A stretch of 64,000 nucleotides of DNA from Octopus sinensis (Eukaryota), in assembly GCF_006345805.1 (NCBI RefSeq), contig NC_043014.1, positions 21,824,001 to 21,888,000 of the forward strand. The letters run 5' to 3'. Positions 11,296 through 22,253 of the stretch are shown here, in pieces. How positions within the stretch are numbered: position 1 is the first letter of the stretch; every line of letters starts with the position of its first letter. Made by a program: the position numbers and the translations under genes. The notes beneath the pieces are model-generated. The model did no database searches. It saw only the letters and a list, made by a program, of their open reading frames with translations, and had not been told where the DNA came from.

Positions 11296-13760
11296 TTTTT
11301 TTTTATCACAGCAACTGGTTTAACAGATCCTACTGAAGCAAGCCAGCACACCACATGGTTTAACGGAACCTACTGAAACAAGCCAGCACACTCGCAGCAT
11401 TACAGCGAGTGATGGCGAGGCTAAGGTGGGAAAACCAAGCGCCCTCACGGGCATCACCTGACACCACGGTGAGGCAAGCCTCCAACGTTGACAAGAACTT
11501 CGCAGTTAGTGCTCCAGTCCCTCCGAACGTCTCAAATGCTACAGGTTGGAAGAGATAGTTCACTAACAGGTCACAATACTTCAAGGATTTCTTCCATTCG
11601 GCTATGGAAGCTGTATCCTTCCGTAGCATCCAGGATGGAGTGGGAGGCAAAAGAGTCGCAGACTGTGGCGTCCCAAATGCACCTACCTCTAACCTAGGAA
11701 CAGAGGGTAAGACCATCTGGTCTCTTTCCACCACTTCTGGATAACCCCGACGGCTCCAGAACTGAGGGGATATTGATCCGAGCTAGGGTCCGCTAATGAT
11801 TAGGTTTAGCTCGGTGTTACGAACGAAGCAACCAGCATTAAGGTGGCAAGACAGACCGTGAAGACCTGTGCGGTCGGCGGGATTTCTACAGCGGCATCTC
11901 AGTCCCCTACAGATGTTAGCTCCCACTCTGAGTGTGATGGAGATGCAGAGTTCATCTAGACTGTGTAGGCTTCCAATGTTGGCCACAGGCAGGGCATAAA
12001 TCCAGTCCCCCAAGAATTTTGCACTAGCTGAAAGTAGGCAACACCTTGAAAATTGATCAGATTGATCAAGGAGAGAGTTAAAAGTGGCACCAGAACGCAA
12101 ATTGTCCCATACTCCTTGTTTCCGTCTATCCTCCACTGTAACCAGAACTGACAAATTCAGCTCTCTCCGCTATAATAGCGCTTCATCCATCTCCCTGTTG
12201 GAATTAGTCCATGTTGGAGAGTGGAGGATGTTGCCTACCAAAGGGGTGCAAGCGTGGTTGGAGGAAAGAAAGCGGAAGACGTGCACTTGTGCAGACCTAG
12301 ACCCCCAAACCGTTTGGGCAAAGCAGCTTGATTGTGGGAGTCTGAGGAGAGTTTGACATTGACCAAGCATTCGAGTCTCCTGAAGATTAGGTTGTCAAAG
12401 TATTGGAGGGACAACAGGAATCTGTAAGAAGGACTAACTCTCAGAAAATATGATAGCTTAGGAATTGACAAGTAATTCTTAAGTATATAAAAAAAAATTG
12501 CAGGAGCTCAATTACTTCCAGTTTTTTAAAAGTTGTTCGAGGTTAGCCATTTTGGATCTAAAGATGGCTTGAAAGCTAGATCAGTAATTGGGGCTCCAAT
12601 AAGGAATCGTGATTGAGGGGAGGGAGTCAACAAAAAGTTTAGTAGTCTGCTCATTCGAAGCTGGGTGGTTGAGGAGCCAGAGCTCACATTTGGAGCTGTT
12701 AATGCTGAGACCTATACAACCAAGTTCTTTGATCATCGTCCTTGCAGTTGCAAGTACCTTGTCAGGAGGGCCTCCCAAACAAGCATCATAGAGATACAAG
12801 GCATTTATGTCTAGGTTGACTCCCATCTTGGTAACATCAATACCAAATGCGAATAAGGCAGGACCAAGTGGATCACCCTGTTGGACTCCAGAGGCAGATT
12901 GGATGAGGTGGTCACCAAACATGAGGTATCTACTCCTAGCTGAAAAGGGTAAAATTCTTCGGACAGGCAGTTAGAAACTGGGGACAGGCACACTTTTGCT
13001 GTGATCCGTCACAGAGTACAACCAACTGCTATGGGGTGGAAGTTACCATTGGCTTGGTGAGACCAAAGAGTTTGGCCCCAAAGAAGAGGGGATGAATGTA
13101 GGCAAGGACACTCTCGGACGAGAACAGATTTATGAACTGTGATAGATTCTCAAAGAGTTTGAGCCCAGCTTCACCAGTTGACAGGGAGATACTATCCTTG
13201 AGATGCTGAGGTCATAAGCCATCAATCCCAGCACCAGAACCCGCTGAAAAAGAGGTAGTTGCCCTCCTGACATTGTCAGGGTTGAAGATGGGCTGTAGAG
13301 AACTTGGTAGGTCGACCCAGTGTAGGTGATCATCTGGAGGGATCGGAGGACAGAGAGGAAAGAAGGCGAACAGCCTCTTTAATGACAAAATTCGCTGAAT
13401 TTGGCATTAATAATCTTAAGTTGGGTAGTCAACCATTGTTCGGGGTTGAGCTAATGACCGACCTGAGATGAACAGTGGTTGGAGTAGATGCGAAATGCCG
13501 TTTCAAGGAAGAAGTGAGGGACCCACTATTCCACGTGGAGGGAGACCAAAGGGAACAGGAATAGTTTCTGCCAATCCGAGGTGTCATTGGATAGGCAGAC
13601 TGAAAATTTTATTGCCACCCATGACTTATTTGATTTCCAAATCAAAGGCAAATGCATTTCTGATAGTCCTTTATTAATCACGGTGTTTCTGAATTATATA
13701 TGAGCATTGACATCGGCTTAAGATCTGTCAAAACAATTCCCCCAATTGGTAGTGTGAACC
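11296..13760 (-). mobile_element. Degenerate CRE-clade non-LTR retrotransposon (RT, zinc knuckle, restriction-like endonuclease)
   Basis: SASGVQQGDPLGPALF and LYLYDACLGG (RT), IPKLSYFLRVSP, CRCRNPADRTGLHGLSC (CCHC), AEWKKSLKY...FQPVAFETFGG and LSLAITRCNAASVL (RLE). N-terminal DWQKLFLFP. Short A tail at 11296-11304. Confidence 0.85.
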
Positions 13761-14025
13761 GGTATTTTATCTCCTTAAATCTAATTTTTTCCCTCCTCTT
13801 AAGATAACATGTTTGGTAGCTTCTTTCCTAGAAAAAGATCTTGTTTCTATTTCATTTACATTGATTATAAGTTGTGGGGAGGGTAGTTGCTTAATAATCT
13901 AGGGAAATCTTATAGATTCCTTGATATCAGCACTTGCAGCTGTAAAGGTTTTGCTATCATTCAAATTGGCTGGATCTGTCTTGTAGCTGTAAATGTTTCT
14001 AAGTTGTTTCCTTCTTTCACTGTTA

Positions 14026-14666
14026 TTTATGAGAAAAAAGATACCCTGTAGCCATAAACTGAGGGGTCACTCGTAAACAGAGCTGGATAACAAAACCGTT
14101 CCCTCTTTAGTGTCCACCCATAAATATGACCCTAGTATCGATCTATTACATTTCAATCTGTGTTAGGGTTAGGGTTGGGTTAGGGGTTATGGGTGGGGGG
14201 AAAGGTATCTTTTTTTCTTCAGAAATGTAAATAAACCCAATCTGTTTCTTAAACAAATATATAATATGTAATGTGTGTATCTGTGCAACAGAGAGGGAAA
14301 TTAAAACTGCATATGTTGTGAACTTAGAATATGTGTTTATTAATAAAAGTTTAATAACGATAATTTTTTATTCATACGAACGTAATTGATATGAAATATG
14401 TCATAAATAACAGTGACAAACTGAGTAGACACCGCCAGAAAATGTTACGGCAGAAATTGTATTCACCTCAATAGACGTCACTGATTGGTTGAAATTGCCG
14501 AAATGCAAGAAATTAAACAACAAATAGCTTACAAACTACAGAATTTTCTCAAGAAAGCCAAGAGAAAAAGATGTTTTATGTAACACACTACCAGTATACG
14601 AAGTTTAAAAGTGTTCAGTTACAAAGAAATTATTTTGAAAATCTGCCGGTCAAAGTGAAAAGATCC
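14026..14666. mobile_element. GGATC-ended MITE, right portion
   Basis: Ends gtgaaaagatcc at 14666. Contains a TTAGGG tract at ~14162-14200. It is the inverse of 16070-16480. Confidence 0.8.
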
Positions 14667-15614
14667 GGCCATTCTAATAATAATCGACAATCCATTTTTT
14701 GGTAGACTTCACCGTGTGCTTAGGGTCGTTATCCTGTTGTAAAACCCACCCTTCACAAAGCTGGAGCTTTTCTACAGAGTCCCATAAATTATTGTTCAAA
14801 ATATTTTGGTACATCTCTGCATTCATTCTACCATCTATCACATGTAAATTGCCAGTACCATTTGCAGAGAAACACCCCCACACCATGATGTTGCCACCTC
14901 CAAACTTTATGGTAGGAATTGTGTTTTTCGGCAAATAGGCAGTACCATCTTTCCTCCAAACATGGCTACGCGAATTTCTTCCAAACAATTCAATTTTCGA
15001 CTCGTCTGTCCATAGAACATTTTCCCAGAATGTATCAGATTTATCTTTATGTTCATAAACAAATTTTAAACAGGCATCTCTATGCCTTTTAGTCAACAGC
15101 GGAGTTTTTCTAGGAGAGCGTGACTTCAGTTCATTACTGATTGTTCATAGTGTAACACTAGTCCCTGAAGCTAACAAATCTTCTTGCAACTCCTTTCTGG
15201 TGATCATTGCGTTTTTTTCGATTCTTCGCTTCATTTTTCTTAAAAATCTAGGGGAAATCTTGCATGGTGCACTGGATCTTATTCTGTTTTCAACAGTTCC
15301 CGATTTTTTTATATCTTTGAATAAATGAAAATATGGTAGAAAATGGAATACAAAGGGTCTCTGATATTTCCCTGTAACTTTTACCTGCTTTCCACTGTTC
15401 AATTAAGTTTTTCACTGTATTTGTATTTTCGCCATTATTACGATACTACTTTATGTTGTCTCAGTGCTGAATGAAGAAGCTAACGTTTTGACACTTAAAA
15501 ATGACAACTGATAAGATTATTGGAACAAACGAGAAAGTTCTAGTAAAAAAATTATTTTAACAGTATTTTGTGGCATAGAAAATCATAAATTTATTCTGTA
15601 CGAATACTTTTTTC

Positions 15615-16722
15615 AGATCTTTTTGGTTTGAACGGCGTAACTAAACACTTTTAAACTTCGTATACTGGTAGAAAGCTGACTAGAAGAGGATGCATCCGAG
15701 CTTTGGTGTTGGAGAAGACTTTTACGGATTCCATGGACAGCGAGGCTTACCAATGGAGAAGTTCTTAAGCAGATCAGGCCAAAAATGTCGCTAGAAGCTA
15801 GAATCACCAAGCTTAGATTGGCATATTTCGGTCATATTATGTGGAGAAAATCCCTGGAGAAGGACATCATGCTCGGAATGGTCAGTGGCAAGAGAGGAAG
15901 AGGCCGACCAAGAACCCGCTGGCTTGACACCATCAAGTGTGATACCGGAATGGACATAGCCAATCTGAAAGAAGCGGCCCAGGATAGAACTGACTGGAGG
16001 ACACTGATCCAACGAGTAACCAAGAGTCGACTTCAACTGAGCGGATAAGAGAGATACTGGTAGAATGTGTTTATAAAACATCTTTTTCTCTTGGCTTTCT
16101 TGAGAAAATTCTGTAGTTTGTAAGATATTTTCTTCAATTTTGGCAAGTTCAACTAATCAATGACGTCTATTGAGGTGAAAACATTATCTGCCGTAAAATT
16201 TTCCGGCGGTGAAATATGAAAATGTCCCCCATTTAAGAAACAGATTAGGTTTATTTACATTTCTGAAGAAAAAAGATACCCTTCCCCCCACCCCTAACCC
16301 TAACCTAAATCCTAACCTTAACCCTAACCCAACCCTTAACCCTAACAGATTGAAATGCAATAGATCGATACTAGGGTCATAATTATGGGTGGACACTAAA
16401 GAGGGAACGGTTTTGTTATCCAGCTCTGTTTACGAGTGACCCCTCAGTTTATGGCCACAGGGTATCTTTTTTCTCATAAAAAACAGGAACATTTTCATAT
16501 GACGCCGCCATAAAATGTTACGGCAAAATCGTTTTCACCTCAATAGACATCATTGATTGGTTGAAATTGCCGAAATGCAAGAAATTAAAGACCATATATC
16601 TTACAAACTACAGAATTTTCTCAAGATGTTTTATAAACACATTCTACCAGTATACAAAGTTTAAAATTTTTTAGTCACATAGAAATTATTTTAAAAAGCT
16701 GCCGTTCAAACCGAAAAGATCC
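15615..16722. mobile_element. GGATC-ended MITE, 8-bp TSD
   Basis: TSD cttttttc at 15607-15614 and 16723-16730. (CCCTAA)-like tract at ~16290-16345. Confidence 0.9.
15674..16053 (+). mobile_element. 5'-truncated RTE LINE with 12-bp TSD
   Basis: ELWCWRRLLRIPWTAR...LRLAYFGHIM..SLEKDIMLGMVSGKRGRGRPRTRWLD. TSD ATACTGGTAGAA at 15662-15673 and 16054-16065. Confidence 0.9.
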
Positions 16723-16810
16723 CTTTTTTCACTCCTAAATATTTATGATTGTATATAAATTCCTTAGTTACTATAATTTATTAGTTTCTTTTGCATATCC
16801 TTAGTTTATG

Positions 16811-17220
16811 CATCATCATCATCATCATCATCATCGTTTAACGTCCGCTTTCCATGCTAGCATGGGTTGGACGGTTCAACTGGGGTCTGGCAAGCCCGAA
16901 GGCTGCACCAGGCCAGTCAGATCTGGCAGTGTTTCTACAACTGGATGCCCTTCCTAACGCCAACCACTCCGAGAGTGTAGTGGGTGATTTTATGTGCCAC
17001 CGACACAGGTGCCAGACGAGGCTGGCAGACGGCCACGCACGGATGGTGTTTTTTATGTGCCACCGACACAGGTGCCAGACGAGGCTGGCAGACGGCCACG
17101 CTCGGATGGTGTTTTTTATGTGCCACCGACACAGGTGCCAGACGAGGCTGGCAGACGGCCACACTCGGATGGTGTTTTTTATGTGCCACCGACACAGGTG
17201 CCAGACAAGGCTGGCGAACT
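16811..17220 (-). mobile_element. RTE 3'UTR-only insertion with 63-bp tandem repeats
   Basis: (CAT)n tail. Matches the 3' end of the RTEs at 37371 and 51036. Repeat units start at 16992, 17055, 17118 and 17181. tatgca occurs on both flanks. Confidence 0.85.
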
Positions 17221-18654
17221 GTATGCAAATATAGTATTGGTATATCCCATTTATGTTCATTAGAAATTAAATAAATAAAGAATTTTGACATGTACGAATA
17301 TTTATTTCCCCTACTGTATATATGATTTTTATATGTCTGTTTTAGATTTAACTGATTTTTGTTTTCTATTTGTCCTTTGTAAATGTTATATTTATATTGT
17401 ATTACTTTTTATTTAAGTAGAATTTGGGCGGAGGGGGGGTATTATCATTTTTTATATTGCTTTATTTTGGCACCCCTTGTAGCTTTGCCATAATAATATA
17501 ACAGATAGGTTGATTGAAACAATTATATACCAAGGGAGCAATTCATCTTTTTTTCAGTGAAATTGTTTTGCGACAAAATTTCCTATGCTGCGGACTTTCC
17601 TACTGTCAAAAATCCTTGGGCGAATTTTCCTGCAGCAAACTTTACAGATACGTTAGTGTATGAATGTGTGTGTATGTGGTAACTAAACACGAACTTACAA
17701 GGCATGTCCTAATTCCTCTAATCAAGTTATTCACCGTGTGTACTTTTCAATCAATTAGGAATTAGTAGTGATTATGAACAATGTCTCTGTGAACTAAATT
17801 TACTGAAAGAATAAATCTCGAATTGTGTGTGTGTGTAAATGTATTACAAATATATCAAGGGTTACCGATGTTGACAAATTGCAGATGAAATTACACGTTA
17901 TTTATTTGTTGTGTACATAGAAAATTATTACAATAATAGTTTGTCTAACTACCGATTCAGTCATGTATTGTGTTAGGCTGGTAACTTATGCAAAAATCTT
18001 GGTTACAGGCACATTAATAAGTTGTAAATATGTATGTGCAAGAACATGTTTGGCTGCATGTGTGTATGTGACAGGTAGCTAACTGGTTAGTCATAGTAAT
18101 AATAATACTTGGCTATTATTGTCGCTGCCATACTGATGGTGACGAAGAGGTAGCAAAAGAAAAAGGAAGGTTTTCGTATCTGTAGAATTGAAATGAGGTC
18201 TTGTTTCTTTGTGTTGAAAAGGCAAATAGCACTAAGCTGATTTGGCCAAGAGAAACTAGTAAATTGCATCTTAGCAAAATTTCCCGTTATATCGCCCCCC
18301 CCCCCCACACACACACTCACACATGTACAGAGTTCTTTAATTACTTAGTGTGTCAAAGTCCTTTGTGACGAGAATATTATATGTCATTTGATTTTTAGAT
18401 TAGTCCATCATAATACTGCATATACTATATACAAACAGGCAGAAAAAAAATTGCCTGGTTTTCCTTCACAGTGAATTCGACTTGACAAATGAGTTTGTCC
18501 TACTTTTAATAATTAGTAGAGCATCAAGCATGCTTGTTAGAATTAGTAGCACTTCGTAATAAATCTCCCGTTGTATTTAGCTTTGGTTCTTTACGTACGT
18601 TCTGCGTTCAAATCCTGCCGATATCTACTTTGCCTTTCAGTTATTCTGGGTCCA

Positions 18655-18920
18655 CGGTGTAGTTCTGTGGTAAGAAGCTTGCTTCCCAACCACATGGTTC
18701 CGGGTTCAGTCCCACTGAGTGGCACCTTGATTTCAGTCCAACCAAAACCTTGTGAATGGATTTGGTAGACGGAAGCTGAAAGAAGTCCATCATGTGTGTG
18801 TGTTTGCCCGCCGTTTGTTGGTGTGTTAACGTACTCGTGACCTAGCGGTTCAACAAAAATAACTGATAAAATAAGTAGAAGATAAAAGATACAAGTTGAA
18901 TATTAGGGTCGATTTAACTG
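18655..18920 (+). mobile_element. SINE family A, degenerate
   Basis: Head gtggtaagaagcttgcttcccaaccacatggttccgggttcagtccc and core tggatttggtagacggaag. Confidence 0.75.
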
Positions 18921-19222
18921 AAAGAACCCCTCTATAAAAACAAAATCTTGCACAAAATAGGCTTGCTTCCCATCAACAGAGTTCGGTTCCACTGCATGGT
19001 ACTTTGGGCATGTATATTCTACTATAGCCTCGGGTTGGCCAAAGCTTTGTGATTTGGTAGATGGAAACTGAAAGAAGCCCGTCGTATATATATACATATA
19101 TATATATGTGTGTGTGTGTGAGACCACCGGTTGACAACTAGTACTGCTGTTACAGTTCTATATTTAAGAGATGAGAAATTATTTACATTTGATGGATATT
19201 TGTCCTCATCTTGTTTGTTGTT

Positions 19223-19268
19223 AACACAACGTTTCGGCTGATATACCCTCCAGCCTTCTTCAGGTGTC
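19223..19268 (-). ncRNA. Minimal hammerhead ribozyme in Penelope terminal repeat
   Basis: gacac-CTGAAGA-a-ggctg[..]cagcc-GAAA-CG-TT-gtgtt. The palindromic ACGT stem III is typical of dimer-acting PLE hammerheads. Confidence 0.8.
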
Positions 19269-19371
19269 TTGGGGAAATTTCGAACCTGGGTTCTCATTCC
19301 TCAGGTATTTTTGATGTTATTATTATTATTATTACTATTATTATTATTATTATATTATTATTATTATTATT

Positions 19372-19445
19372 CAGGTCACTGCTTGGAATCAAACTCGGAA
19401 TTTTGGGGTTAGTAGCCCGCACTCTTAACCACTATGCCATATGTC
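19372..19445 (-). promoter_or_regulatory. tRNA-like Pol III A/B-box module inside Penelope terminal repeat
   Basis: A box TGGCATAGTGG at 19429-19439. B box is GTTTGATTC here and canonical GTTCGATTC in the sister copy at 22146-22154. Anticodon-arm-like ggg-ctactaa-ccc. Confidence 0.6.
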
Positions 19446-20477
19446 AATGAGCAATTATGGAGTGAATTTTAGGGCTTATAAATCTAATCTTTTTCTATCC
19501 TTCCTTAATACCAGTTCCCATATTCTGCTCATATCTGCACTCAGTCTGCTTAGGAGGTTGTTGTGTCCTAGCATATGTGCTGCTTCTTTTAGTTTTCGTA
19601 TTTTCCAGTGGTATTCTCTGTCTATTATTTTAACTTCATCCCACAGGGGGAAGTGGCCTCCATTTTCCCATACTTGATCAGCTATACCCGATTTATCAAT
19701 ATCTCTCTTTGATTTCGTTATTTAATTGATGTTTTTTCCAACGGTTGTAATGGATCCTCTCACGGACGAGGGAATGTCCTACCCTTTCCGCTACTCTTTT
19801 AGCTTCAGATAATGAATCACTATCAGTGATACAAGAAAAACTAGTGGCAGACACCCATGTAAAAGAATGCACTATTATACCAATAAGAAACTTGATGGAA
19901 ATGTTGACCTTCTGTGTAGAAACTACCTACTTCACTATGGACACTGATATATATCGACAGAAGGAGGGTTTAGCTATGGGTTCACTATTATCACTGGTAA
20001 TAGCCAATATATACATGGAATACTTTGAGAATTTGGCTTTAGGATCAACACCACTAATACCAACACTATGGCTACAATATGTTGATGACACCTTCATACT
20101 CTGGCCCCACCAGGAAGATGTCCAAGTGCTGTTAGATCATGTGAACTCAATAAAGCCATCCATACAGTTCACAATGGGAAAGGTAAAAGACAATCAACTG
20201 GCATTCCTGCACGTATTAATAACACGCACCAAGTATAGATTCAGGACACCTGTATACCGCAAGCCGACCTTCACTGGACAATACCTCAACTTCAATTCCC
20301 ACCATCCATACAGTGTAAAGAGAGGGATTGCTCAGTGCCTAAAACATCGTGCAAAGAATATAAGTAGCGATCGTGATACACACCATGAAGAGATGATCAA
20401 GCTCAGTAACGATCTGTAAAGCAACAACTACCTGAAAAGTATACTATCCTCCTTAGCAGACTGAGTGCAGATATGAG

Positions 20478-22026
20478 CATCATCATCATCATATCATCAT
20501 CATTTAACGTCCGCTTTCCATGCTAGCATGGGTTGGACGGTTCAACTGGGGTCTGGGGAGCCCGAAAGCTGCACCAGTCCAGTCAGATCTGGCAGTGTTT
20601 CTACAGCTGGATGCCCTTCCTAATGCCAACCACTCCGAGAGTGTAGTGGGTGATTTTATGTGCCACCGACACAGGTGCCAGACGAGGCTGGCAAACGGCC
20701 ATGCTCGGATGGTGTTTTTTATGTGCCACCGACACAGGTGCCAGACGAGGCTGGCAGACTGCCACGCTCGGATGGTGTTTTTTATGTGCCACCGACACAG
20801 GTGCCAGACGAGGCTGGCAGACGGCCACGCTCGGATGGGTTTTTATGTGCCACCGACACAGGTGCCAGACGAGGCTGGCAGACGGCCACGCTCAGATGGT
20901 GTTTTTATGTGCCACCGACACAGGTGCCAGATGAGGCTGGCAAACGGCCACGATCGGATGGTGCTTGTTACGTGCCCACAGCACGGAGGCCAGTCGATGC
21001 GGTACTGGCTACGGCCACGTTCGGATGGTTTTCTTATGTGCCACGTGCCACCGGCACTGGTACCACAAAGATACAAATTCCATTGATGTTCATCTATTTT
21101 GATTTGTTTTGATTTTCACTTGCCTCAGCAGGTCTTCACAAGTGTCACAAGAAGGAAGGTATGCACAGGTGGACTGACTACGTCCCAGGTAGGGGCCATG
21201 GGTTATGGCCTGACTAGTCTTGCCGGGTCTTCGGATGGTGTTTTTATGTGCCACCGACACAGGTGCTAGATGAGGCTGGCGAACGGCCACGATCGGATGG
21301 TGTTTGTCATGTGCCCACCGCACTGACTACAGCACTGATGGATTTTTGTGTGCCACAGGCACTGGTACCACAAGATACAAATTCCATTGATGTTCATCTA
21401 TTTTGTCTATTTTGATTTGATTTGATTTTCACTTGCCTCAACCGGTCTTCACAAGTGTCACAAGAAGGAAGGTATGCACAGGTGGACTGACTAGTCTTGC
21501 CGGGTCTTCGGAAGGTGTTTTTATGTGCCACCGACACAGGTGCCAGATGAGGCTGGCGAACGGCCATGATCGGATGGGTTTGTTACGTGCCCACAGCACA
21601 GAGGCCGGTCGATGCGGAACTGGCTACGGCCACGTTCGGATGGTTCTCTTGTGTGCCACCGGCACTGGTACCACAAAGTGTGTGCCACCGGCACTGGTAC
21701 CACAAAGATACAGATTCCATTGATGTTCATCTATTTTGATTTGTTTTGATTTTCACTTGCCTCAACAGGTCTTCACAAGTGTCACAAGAAGGAAGGCATG
21801 CACAGGTGGACTGACTACGTCCCAGGTAGGGGCCATGGGTTATGGCCTGACTAGTCTTGCCAGGTCTTCGGATGGTGTTTTTATGTGCCACCGACACAGG
21901 TGCTAGATGAGGCTGGCGAACGGCCACGATCGGATGGTGTTTGTCATGTGCCCACAGCACGGAGGCCAGTCGATGCGGTACTGGCTACGGCCACTTTCGG
22001 ATGGTTTTCTCTTGTGTGCCACCGGC
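20478..22026 (-). mobile_element. RTE 3'UTR insertion with 61-63-bp units and a ~320-bp higher-order triplication
   Basis: Units at 20658, 20721, 20784, 20845 and 20907. Block ggtcttcacaagtgtcacaagaaggaagg at 21131, 21443 and 21768. It interrupts the Penelope terminus with a small deletion. Confidence 0.85.
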
Positions 22027-22207
22027 GGGAATTGGTATTAAGGATGGATCGAAAAATATTAGATTTATAAACACTAAAATTCACTCCATAATTGCTCACA
22101 GAGCAGAGTGGTTAAAAGCACAGGCTACTAACCCCAAGATTCCGAGTTCGATTCCAAGCAGTGACCTGAACAATAATAATAATAACCCAGGTTCGAAATT
22201 TCCCCAA

Positions 22208-22253
22208 GACACCTGAAGAAGGCTGGAGGGTATATCAGCCGAAATGTTGTGTT
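22208..22253 (+). ncRNA. Minimal hammerhead ribozyme, sister of 19223-19268
   Basis: gacac-CTGAAGA-a-ggctg[..]cagcc-GAAA-TG-TT-gtgtt (C>T in stem III). Confidence 0.75.

Larger units (their letters stand above)
14667..17316 (-). mobile_element. Tc1-family transposon (IR/DR type), 3'-truncated, with nested insertions
   Basis: Transposase from ATG ~15435 ([36 protein letters not shown]) is cut after EWP by the MITE. The outer end CAGTAGGGGAAATAAATATTCGTACA is flanked by TA at 17317. An inner direct repeat tgtacgaata lies at ~15597. Confidence 0.85.

Noticed and set aside
13600-14030. Merlin transposase fragment next to the MITE end
   Set aside because: The proximal part reads better as CRE N-terminus (RNAFAFDL, DWQKLFLFP). 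No DDE motif was found.
14160-16345. Interstitial telomere or chromosome fusion site
   Set aside because: The TTAGGG tracts are short and are internal parts of a MITE with TIRs and TSDs.
16990-17220. CRISPR-like array or repetitive protein (MCHRHRCQTRLADGH repeats), also 20650-21050
   Set aside because: Units are contiguous 63-bp tandem repeats without unique spacers or cas genes. Open frames on both strands follow from the 21-codon period. The sequence is RTE 3'UTR.
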